64,000 nucleotides of DNA from Macrostomum lignano (Eukaryota): the NCBI GenBank assembly GCA_002269645.1, contig NIVC01002153.1:124001-188000 (forward strand), read 5' to 3'. Below, one piece after another: positions 37,001 through 49,000 of this stretch. Position numbers and translations under genes: made by a program. Under the pieces are notes generated by a model, which made no database searches, had not been told where the DNA came from, and saw only the letters and a list, made by a program, of their open reading frames with translations. Position 1 is the first letter of the stretch. Each line of letters opens with the position of its first letter.

Positions 37001-40000
37001 GAGAGAATGAGACACAGGAATGACAGACTGAGACACATGATAGAGACTGAGACACATGAATGACAGACTGAGACACAGGAATGACAGACTGAGACACAGT
37101 AATGACAGACTGAGACACATGAATGAGAGAATGAGACACAGTAATGACAGACTGAGACACAGGAATGACAGACTGAGACACAGTAATGACAGACTGAGAC
37201 ACAGGAATGACAGACTGAGACACAGTAATGACAGACTGAGACACATGAATGACAGACTGAGACACATGAATAAGAGAATGAGACCCATGAATAAGAGACT
37301 GAGACACATGAATGACAGACTGAGACACAGGAATGACAGACTGAGACACATGAATGACAGACTGAGACACATGATAGAGACTGACACACAGGGATGACAG
37401 ACTGAGACACAGGAATGACAGACTGAGACACAGTAATGACAGACTGAGACACAGTAATGACAGACTGAGACACAGGAATGACAGACTGAGACACAGGAAT
37501 GACAGACTGAGACACATGAATGACAGACTGAGACACATGAATGAGAGAATGAGATACATGAATGACAGACTGAGACACATGAATGACAGACTGAGACACA
37601 TGATAGAGACTGAGACACATGAATGACAGACTGAGACACAGGAATGACAGACTGAGACACAGTAATGACAGACTGAGACACATGAATGAGAGAATGAGAC
37701 ACAGTAATGACAGACTGAGACACAGGAATGACAGACTGAGACACAGTAATGACAGACTGAGACACAGGAATGACAGACTGAGACACAGTAATGACAGACT
37801 GAGACACAGGAATGACAGACTGAGACACATGAATGAGAGAATGAGACACAGTAATGACAGACTGAGACACAGGAATGACAGACTGAGACACATGAATGAC
37901 AGACTGAGACACATGAATGAGAGAATGAGATACATGAATGACAGACTGAGACACATGAATGACAGACTGAGACACATGAATGAGAGAATGAGACACAGGA
38001 ATGACAGACTGAGACACATGAATGACAGACTGAGACACATGAATGAGAGAATGAGATACATGAATGACAGACTGAGACACATGAATGAGAGAATGAGATA
38101 CATGAATGACAGACTGAGACACATGAATGAGAGAATGAGACACAGGAATGACAGACTGAGACACATGAATGACAGACTGAGACACATGAATGAGAGAATG
38201 AGACACAGGAATGACAGACTGAGACACAGGAATGACAGACTGAGACACAGGAATGACAGACTGAGACACATGATAGAGACTGAGACACAGGAATGACAGA
38301 CTGAGACACATGAATGACAGACTGAGACACATGAATGAGAGAATGAGATACATGAATGACAGACTGAGACACATGAATGAGAGAATGAGATACATGAATG
38401 ACAGACTGAGACACATGAATGAGAGAATGAGATACATGAATGACAGACTGAGACACAGGAATGACAGACTGAGACACAGGAATGACAGACTGAGACACAT
38501 GAATGACAGACTGAGACACATGAATGACAGACTGAGACACATGAATGAGAGAATGAGATACATGAATGACAGACTGAGACACATGAATGAGAGAATGAGA
38601 TACATGAATGACAGACTGAGACACAGGAATGACAGACTGAGACACAGGAATGACAGACTGAGACACAGGAATGACAGACTGAGACACAGGAATGACAGAC
38701 TGAGACACATGATAGAGACTGAGACACAGGAATGACAGACTGAGACACATGATAGAGACTGAGACACAGGAATGCCAGACTGAGACACATGATAGAGACT
38801 GAGACACATGAATTGCAGACTGAGACACATGAATGACAGACTGAGACACATGAATTGCAGACTGAGACACAGGAATGACAGACTGAGACACATGAATGAC
38901 AGACTGAGACACATGATAGAGACTGAGACACAGGAATGACAGACTGAGACACATGATAGAGACTGAGACACAGGAATGCCAGACTGAGACACATGATAGA
39001 GACTGAGACACATGAATGGCAGACTGAGACACATGAATTATAGAATGATTACAAAAAATTATAAAACCTAAGTATGGGATTAAGAATAATATATAGGTCA
39101 GTGAAAGTTAAGTAGGTCAAAGAAAAGCTGCGTAGGACAAAATGTGACAAATTTTCTAGATTCGCTCTGGCTGGTTACAAATTCTAAGACGATGACAAGC
39201 TGTCAGTAAGCCAGTCAAGCATATGATATAAGCTCAGTAATTAGCCCTCAATAGGGTAATCTGATTATTAATTTTCTAAGATGAAACTCAGGAGAAAGTA
39301 GTTTTTTGAATATTGACGAGTCGCGAGACTTCATGACATTTCACTCTCCTTAAGCCTATTTAGTTTCTAGCCAACTTACCACCTAGAGCTAGCTTGAGAA
39401 AATTTCCATAACCAAGGCCTAACACCACTACACACCCTGGGGGTCCTTAGCCATAGGGCAATGGTGTGGCTAATTCTGGCTCGCGAAAACCCTTGGGTCC
39501 TTTAAAACTTCACAAAGGCGTGTTTGTGTCTCTTTCTCTACCTACTTCTCTTTATCTTACTCTCTTCTCTTCCCTCTTGTCTCCTCTCTCCTCTCAACTC
39601 TTCTGTCTTATCTCGTCTCTTATGTCCTTATCTCTCCTCTCTTATCTCCTCTCTTATCTCTCCTCTCTTATCTCCTCTCTTATCTCTCCTCTCTTATCCC
39701 TCCTCTCTTATCTCCTCTCTTATCTCTCCTCTCTTATCTCCTCTCTTATCTCTCCTCTCTTATCTCCTCTCTTATCTCTCCTCTCTTATCTCCTCTCTTA
39801 TCTCTCCTCTCTTATCTCCTCTCTTATCTCTCCTCTCTTATCTCCTCTCTTATCTCTCCTCTCTTATCCCTCCTCTCTTATCTCCTCTCTTATCTCCTCT
39901 CTTATCTCTCCTCTCTTATCTCCTCTCTTATCTCTCCTCTCTTATCTCCTCTCTTATCTCTCCTCTCTTATCTCCTCTCTTATCTCTCCTCTCTTATCTC

Positions 40001-43000
40001 CTCTCTTATCTCTCCTCTCTTATCTCCTCTCTTATCTCTCCTCTCTTATCTCCTCTCTTATCTCTCCTCTCTTATCTCTCCTCTCTTATCTCTCCTTCCC
40101 CTCTTATACTCGTATCTCCTCTCCCCTCTTATCTCTCCTCTCCGATCTATCTCTCCTCTCCCCGATCTTATCTCTCATCTCCTTTTCTCCCTTTGCAGCT
40201 CTTTTACCCTTTCCTCTCTAATATCCAATCGCCCTTTTTATCTCTTATCTCCTCTCACCTCTTATCTCTCTCCTATTCTCCCTTCGCAGCTTTCCTTTAC
40301 ACTTTCCCCTCTATTATCCTCTCTCATCTCCCCTTTCCCTCTTATACTCGTATCTCCTCTCCCCTCTTATCTCTCCCCTCCAATCTATTTCTCTTATCCC
40401 CTCTTAACTCTTATCTTTTCTAATTACTTTTCTCCTTTCCTCCTTTTTCTCCTTTTTCTCCTTTTCCTTTTCTCCTTTTTCTCCTCTCCTTCTACTGCAG
40501 CTTCTATGGACAGAATTGAAAACAATGGTCTGGCACCCTGCGGGGGACTGTCGCTTGAAAACAAAGACCTTAATAGAATGCACGAATTGCGTAATATAGC
40601 TCGAAAGAGAAAGTGGTCAGTCAACGTGCACATATTGCCTAGGGGGAGGGGAGACTTAGCAAGGATAAGGAGACTTAGTTGGGACTTTACTATTATTGAT
40701 ACTGCGCAGTATCCAGTAGCCTTAGCCAGAGAATGAAGGTGCAAATGATGCCTAACCAAATCATATGCCCATTCGTATAATATTAAACCATTTTTACCCG
40801 CAGGCCAACTGTGCGAAATAGAAAAAGTGCTAAATAAAAACAACACCTTCTAACTATGAGCAATGGCATTGAATCCAGTAACCCGTAAACTTTATATGCG
40901 TTTGTGAAATGAAAAGGTGAATAATACTGAGTTGATTATTGCGGGTAGAGAGGTGTGCTAGCAGAATCTTTCCCTGCTCTGATTTATAAATTTCTGACAA
41001 TTTTAGATGTAACTGAGATGACGGAAAAAAGAAGAAAAGAAAATGGATAATGATGGAGACTTGGAGAAAGAGAAATGTTGGAGAAATATTGGGAGAAAAA
41101 TAGGATGGCGAAAAGGAGAAAAATAAAATGGAGACTGAGAGTATAAGAGGATGGAGATGGGGAGAAAAATTGGATGAAGACTAGAAGACGGAGACTGGGA
41201 GACTGAGAATGGAGACTGGGAGACTGAGGATGGAGACTGGGAGACTGAGGATGGAGACTGGGAGACTGAGGATGGAGACTGGGAGACTGAGGATGGAGAC
41301 TGGGAGAAAGAGGATGGAGACTGGGAGACTGAGGATGGAGACTGGGAGACTGAGGATGGAGACTGGGAGACTGAGGATGGAGACTGGGAGAAAGAGGATG
41401 GAGACTGGGAGACTGAGGTTGGAGACTGGGAGACTGAGGATGGAGACTGGGAGAAAGAGGATGGAGACTGGGAGAAAGAGGATGGAGACTTGGAGAAAAA
41501 GAGGATGGAGACTGGGAGACTGAGGATGGAGACTGGGAGAAAGAGGATGGAGACTGGGAGAAAGAGGATGGAGACTGGGAGACTGAGAATGGAGACTGGG
41601 ATAAAGAGGATGGAGACTGGGAGACTGAGGATGGAGACTGGGAGAAAGAGGATGGAGACTTGGAGAAAGAGGATGGAGACTGGGAGAAAGAGGATGGAGA
41701 CTGGGAGACTGAGGATGGAGACTGGGAGACTGAGGATGGAGACTGGGAGAAAGAGGATGGAGACTGGGAGAAAGAGGATGGAGACCGGGAGAAAGAGGAT
41801 GGAGACTGGGAGACTGAGGATGGAGACTGGGAGAAAGAGGATGGAGACTGGGAGAAAGAGGATGGAGACTGGGAGACTGAGGATGGAGACTGGGAGAAAG
41901 AGGATGGAGACTTGGAGAAAAAGAGGATGGAGACTGGGAGACTGAGGATGGAGACTGGGAGAAAGAGGATGGAGACTGGGAGAAAAAGAGGATGGAGACT
42001 GGGAGACTGAGGATGGAGACTGGGAGAAAGAGGATGGAGACTGGGAGACTGAGAATGGAGACTGGGAGAAAGAGGATGGAGACTGGGAGAAAGAGGATGG
42101 AGACTGGGAGAAAGAGGATGGAGACTGGGAGAAAGAGGATGGAGACCGGGAGAAAGAGGATGGAGACCGAGAGAAAGAGGATGGAGACTGGGAGACTGAG
42201 GATGGAGACTGGGAGAAAGAGGATGGAGACTTGGAGAAAGAGGATGGAGACTGGGAGAATGAAAGGATGAAGACTGGGAGACTGAGGATGGAGACTGGGA
42301 GAATGAAAGGATGAAGACTGGGAGACTGAGGATGGAGACTGGGAGACTGAGGATGGAGACTGGGAGAAAGAGGATGGAGACTGGGAGACTGAGGATGGAG
42401 ACTGGGAGAAAGAGGATGGAGACCGGGAGAAAGAGGATGGAGACTGGGAGAAAGAGGATGGAGACCGGGAGAAAGAGGATGGAGACTGGGAGAAAGAGGA
42501 TGGAGACTGGGAGAAAAAGAGGATGGAGACTGGGAGACTGAAGATGGAGACTGGGAGAAAGAGGATGGAGACTGGGAGAATGAGAGGATGAAGACTGGGA
42601 GACTGAGGATGGAGACTGGGAGAAAAAGAGGATGGAGACTGGGAGACTGAGGATGGAGACTGGGAGAAAGAGGATGGAGACTGGGAGAATGAGAGGATGG
42701 AGACTGGGAGAAAGAGGATGGAGACTTGGAGAATGAGAGGATGGAGACTGGGAGAAAGAGGATGGAGACTGGGAGAAAGAGGATGGAGACCGGGAGAAAG
42801 AGGATGGAGACTGGGAGAAAGAGGATGGAGACTGGGAGAAAGAGGATGGAGACCGGGAGAAAGAGGATGGAGACTGGGAGAAAGAGGATGGAGACTGGGA
42901 GAAAGAGGATGGAGACCGGGAGAAAGAGGATGGAGACTGGGAGAAAGAGGATGGAGACTGGGAGAATGAGAGGATGGAGACTGGGAGAAAGAGGATGGAG

Positions 43001-46000
43001 ACTGGGAGAAAGAGGATGGAGACTGGGAGAAAGAGGATGGAGACTGGGAGAAAGAGGATGGAGACTGGGAGAAAGAGGATGGAGACCGGGAGAAAGAGGA
43101 TGGAGACTGGGAGAAAGAGGATGGAGACTGGGAGAAAGAGGATGGAGACTGGGAGAAAGAGGATGGAGACTGGGAGAAAGAGGATGGAGACTGGGAGAAA
43201 GAGGATGGAGACCGGGAGAAAGAGGATGGAGACTGGGAGAATGAGAGGATGGAGACTGGGAGAAAGAGGATGGAGACTGGGAGAAAGAGGATGGAGACCG
43301 GGAGAAAGAGGATGGAGACTGGGAGAAAAAGGATGGAGACTGGGAGAAAGAGGATGGAGACTGGGAGAAAGAGGATGGAGACCGGGAGAAAGAGGATGGA
43401 GACTGGGAGAATGAGAGGATGGAGACTGGGAGAAAGAGGATGGAGACTGGGAGAAAGAGGATGGAGACCGGGAGAAAGAGGATGGAGACTGGGAGAAAAA
43501 GGATGGAGACTGGGAGAAAGAGGATGGAGACCGGGAGAAAGAGGATGGAGACCGGTAGAAAGAGGATGGAGACTGGGAGAAGCAGAGGGAGAAGACTTGA
43601 AAAAGCAAGAAAATAAATACTGGAAAAGGAGGAAGACTGGGAGTCTGGTAGCCGCGAATAAAGAAGAATTGGGATATTGTAGAAATAGAGAAAGATAGAG
43701 TAGGCACAGAGACAGATGGAGCAGAAAGAGGGATACATACAGTAGACAGAGTGGTAGATGTAGTAGGCAGAGAGATAGATTGAGTAGACAGAGGGATAGA
43801 TGGAGTAGAAAGAGAGATATATTAAGTAGACAAAGAGATAGATGGAGTAGTCGGAGAAATAGATAGAATAGACAAAAGCACAGCACAAGGCAGGACACAC
43901 AAAAAACTGACACTATTTCAATATGATTTAATAATCAAACACTGAAGTACAAAACATTAGTTAGAAGATAAAAAATTCTTCAACATTTTCTTCAACAAAG
44001 CTGAATACCATTTCAGAATATCACCGTGACATTGGTTTCCCCAATTGTGACTCCGTGCGAGGGGTCCACCAGACCCCATCCCAGCCAATAGGAATCCAGC
44101 TAGGGGGCAATCTGTATACCGCACCCCTCCCAGCCAATAGGAATCCAGCTAGGAGCAATCTGTATACCGGACCCATCCCAGCCAATGACAGCCAGACTGT
44201 AAACTTTATATAATCGAGACAACTTTTTCCATCTCAGTCGATCAATCAATCAGCAGTAGAAGCAGTTCTACTAGAAGATCGAGGAAGCCAGCTATACGGA
44301 GGTAAGTCTTACTTCTATCTTAAGACTATTATGGCGCTTTCTAGTCCAACGTGTCTCATTATTAGTGCCCGTTGTACTAAAGAGTGGTCCATAACAAAGC
44401 TTATTAATCGACTGCTTTATTTTATTATTTTCATTACATATAAATAAGGCGCTTTATTAGAACTGCTTCAACTTTCTTTACATTGTACACGCACTGATTT
44501 TATTAGGTGTGTACAAGGTAAGAGTTGGAATAGTCGCCTTGATTCGACGTTTTCAAGATTCTGAATAATCAGTATTAGTGATACAGTCAGTTTGGCTAAC
44601 CATGGTTGCACAAACAAGAGATTTTAAAGCTTGGTGTACATGGGAAGCCTACTGTCTGGTCACTATGAGCAGCACAGTAAATCCTAATCCCTATACTAAG
44701 CGGACAATACTATCGCAGGGTCCTTCTCTGAGTACACGTGAAGGCAAAAGTCATGTGTACAGAGTAAGCGCCCTACGTTATTATCCGTTAAGCACCTAGT
44801 AACCCCTCATCAAAGGCTGGATTAACATTGTGGCGCTTTATAGTCCAACGTGTCAGCTATCAGTGACCGTTTGACTACGAAGCGGTCACAATATCATTCC
44901 TTAATCGACTGGATCAGCTTGTAATTATTGCAATAGAAATTATAACTCTGTGGCGCTTTATAGTCCAACGTGTCTGCTATATGATAAGTGACCGTTGTAC
45001 TACAGAGTGGTCACAGAGTGGTTTCTAAACCAACTGCCCTACCCACCCAAGTTTAAATATGAGCCAAATATGGCGCTTTATAGTCCAACGTGTCTGCTAT
45101 ATGATAAAAGTGACCGTTGTACTATAGAGTGGGCTATATTGCCGGCTTGTTGATCAGCGATACTGGACCTTAACCCTTATTCATTATATTCAGTACATTG
45201 CGCATCATCCATACCGCTTAACATCCAAACTGCTACATCATCTATACCAGTCATTATTTATGATCTATATCATCATCATCAATACCAGCAATCATTTATA
45301 CCAGTTATATACCAGTACTGCTAGTCATCATCCATACTGGTCATCATCCATACTGGTCATTATCCATACTGGTCATTATCCAAAGTACTGCTAGTCATCA
45401 TCCATACTGCTCATCATCTATACTGCTCATTATCCAAAGTACTGCTAGTCATCATCCATACTGCTCATTATCCTAAGTACTGCTAGTCATCATCCATACT
45501 GGTCATCATCCATACTGCTCATTATCCAAAGTACTGCTAGTCATCATCCATACTGCTCATTATCCTAAGTACTGCTAGTCATCATCTATACTGCTCATCA
45601 TCCATACTGCTCATTATCCTAAGTACTGCTAGTCATCATCCATACTGCTCATTATCCTAAGTACTGCTAGTCATCATCCATACTGGTCATCATCCATACT
45701 GCTCATTATCCAAAGTACTGCTAGTCATCATCCATACTGCTCATTATCCTAAGTACTGCTAGTCATCATCTATACTGCTCATCATCCATACTGCTCATTA
45801 TCCTAAGTACTGCTAGTCATCATCTATACTGCTCATTATCCATACTGCTCATTATCCTAAGTACTGCTAGTCATTATCCATACTGCTCAGTATCCAAAGT
45901 ACTGCTAGTCATCATCCATATTGCTCATTATCTTAAGAACTGCTAGTCATCCATACTGCTCATCATCCATACTGTTCATCATCCATACTGCTCATTATCC

Positions 46001-49000
46001 TAAGTACTGCTAGTCATTATCCATACTGCTCAGTATCCAAAGTACTGCTAGTCATCATCCATATTGCTCATTATCCATACTGCTCATTATCTTAAGAACT
46101 GCTAGTCATCATCCATACTGCTCATTATCCATACTGCTCATTATCCTAAGTACTGCTAGTCATTATCCATACTGCTAGTCATCATCTATAATCATACTGC
46201 TCATTATTTATACTGCTTAGATCCAACATAAGCCTCAGACTATCCAAAATTTACCGTAATCCTACTAATGATTTGCGAAGTAAAACGAACAGTCTCGCGT
46301 TGTTTGTGCGAAAATTTCAAATTCATCGAATAATATCGACGAAAATAATCGTGACACCGCTCTAGAAAACGTCAACAAAGTACGTTAACTTCTAATGAAA
46401 GTAGTAAAAAAGCGTTAAAAATAACAAGGGAGGTTGCACGGGCTCAGATGCTTACAACAAGGGTGTGCCTAGCGCTGGCTATGTAGCTATTTAAGGTGGT
46501 CACTCGCTCCTCTTCTAAGAATTTCCTTCGCATGTTTTTGTACACAACAGTGCGCAAATAGAAATTGTTAGCTTCTGTAAGTGAAATTGAGATTTTCATG
46601 ACTGTTTATTATAAATAATAGTATAAAACCACAGGGTCTCTCATTGACATAGATACACATTTTCTAGAAATTATTATGTACACATGCGACATTATGGACT
46701 GCCATAACTATCATATGGATGGAAGTCTATGTTCCTACCACTGATACTAAACTACGAGTAACTAGATAAGACACCCAGGCATCGTAGTGATTTAGTAAAA
46801 CAGCTTTCTACTTTCAGTAGCAAATAAGAATACATAAGCTATTTTATAAAAATAAAGGCAGCTGAAGTGACTTTGACAAGTTTGCAGCTTGCTAATTGGA
46901 TCAGCAATAATGTACTTTGGCCAGTCCACTTGAAATGTACATAGCAGCTGTAGGCTGGAATTCCGATAATAAAAATTAGGGCGGGGCGGGGTGGTAGTGG
47001 AAAGGCGCGGTTGGAGGGTAAGGGCAAATAAATGATGGCCTTTTAAAATTCATAAAAATGCGTCTAAGCTACTACTACTACTGAACTGAAAGTAGCTTAC
47101 AAGCAAATCAGCCCATTTGTATTCTAGTTATTCTAGTATCTGTGGTTTCTACTGAGAGAGGGGCATCTTTCTTTGTGCGGATGTCTATGGTCGAATTTTC
47201 AACTTGTCTATGGGCAAGAATGTCTGTCTATGTCATAGAACTTAGAGAATTGAAATAGGGAACAGCAGTCTATGGTCTAAAGCCAAAGCTATCTAACAAG
47301 CAGCATTATTTCATCTCACACTGAAAGTGGCCACGCGTGTATTCAATAACGAATGTAGCTTCCGTTCTCTGGCCAAAGCTGAATGAGATTGTTTCAATGA
47401 TTTGAAGAAATTGTACTGAAAATATCGCTTAGATGAGTCTGTAATGTGTCAATTTTTCGTAACGTAATAAATAGCTATTTAATTTACAATTTACTAGGAG
47501 TCAAAACGTTTCTTAGAAAACTTAGAATTAAGGCCTGAATAGAACACTGCAGGTTTTTTTTTACTTTTTTCGGATATTTTTTCGACACTACTTATAGTAA
47601 AATGTTATAGCAAACTCCCATTCCCAAGAAAACTTTAAAAAGTGTAATTAGCAGTAAATTAAGAGTTGACTTGCGTACTGAATAAGTGTTGATAAGTTTA
47701 TTGGATTTCAATCGATTAGCTTCCAACGAATAGGACTTCCTTAGCGTGTCTCTATAGTAAGTGCCGGTGTACTTTTGAATGGCGACTGTAAGCAAAAGTG
47801 CATAACAATGTATAAATATTTTGTTAAAGTACTTTAGGCGCCCACGATTATTAAAATACTGAAGAGGATGCTGCAGGTCTAAATAAATCCCTTAGATTAA
47901 TCTCAACTCCCCATTGATAATAAAAGATAAAATTTTTAATTACAAATATTTTCTGCATATTTGAGCTGAGATTTTTGTTTAACTGCGTTGTACGAAATTT
48001 GCACTTCAAATTGTGATCAAAGTGATAGCGCATGTACTTCAGTGCCGGCTCTAAAAAGGTATATAAATTAAAAAAAATTGCACACTGTCTAATGATCAAA
48101 TGATTGAAATTTCTTGAACAAAGACTGTTGCAGAGATTAGTAATATTGAATGAATTTAATTACAAAAATTTGATGCATTTTCAAATCCCTATAGTAGACA
48201 GTCAGGTATTTGAAACCAGCTTCTAAAATAAAAATAAATTTTCATAAATCTATTTCATATCCTAGTGAACTGTGTAGTTATTATTCAATCAAATTACAGT
48301 CTGCTCAAGGACGGAGCGTGGTGCTTTCATGAACGATTTCTACAAACAGCAACTTATACTTACCAACGACTGTCTCAGCTGCCTCATCACCGAGGCCCCA
48401 GCATCAATAGTCTTCTGCCGATATTTCAAATAAGTACTGTAGTAGTTTCTCAAATATTTCGATGCTAAGTCTATAAAGCATTGTTTTCATTATGTTAGAA
48501 TCAATTATCTTAGAACACAGCTCAACACAACAGCTCAATTGCCAAAGATTTTAGCAGCAACAAGTAGAAACAATGATTAACTTACAAAAACAGAGTAGAA
48601 TCGGTTTTTAGCCCTGCTTCGATTGTAATCCGATTTTAAGAAACCGTAATACCAACTATTCAGGTATTTGATACCTAGGCCTGATCGATTATTAATAGAC
48701 TGTGTACATTATATAAGAATAAGGATTTTTTAAAAAATGGGAAAAGCCATTTCAGGGCCAAATATTCTCTAGTTTATTGACCACAAGCAAGAATTTCTCA
48801 AGTATTACGCTTGTAAAGTTTAATTAGTTAATTAATGCATAGTTGCGACAATAACGTGAGCAATTTTGACCATTCAATCCTGGTCATGTTTAACAGTCCC
48901 AGCACAAACACTACACTATATAGTCTGAAACAAATAAAAAACTTTCTAACTTTCCCAAACTCTGTCTCAATGAGAGAGCCCTGCAACGTCCTTTCACAAT

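Noticed and set aside
40424-40846. ORFs of 140 aa (-) and 76 aa (+) between two satellites
   Set aside because: No recognisable motifs or matching splice sites; the downstream + frame is broken by stops.
44490-44575. Possible seventh hairpin (ACTGATT...AATCAGT)
   Set aside because: Only short discontinuous helices; no continuous ~22-bp duplex.
44668-44690. GAGCAGCACAGTAAAT resembling vertebrate miR-15/16
   Set aside because: miR-15/16 is not known from protostomes, and the arm position in a weak hairpin is uncertain; likely chance.
44329-45148. Hairpin family as H/ACA snoRNAs or HDV/twister ribozymes
   Set aside because: ACA and H boxes are not conserved across copies, there is no two-hairpin layout and no pseudoknot or catalytic core; a single long duplex with a conserved arm fits pre-miRNA better.
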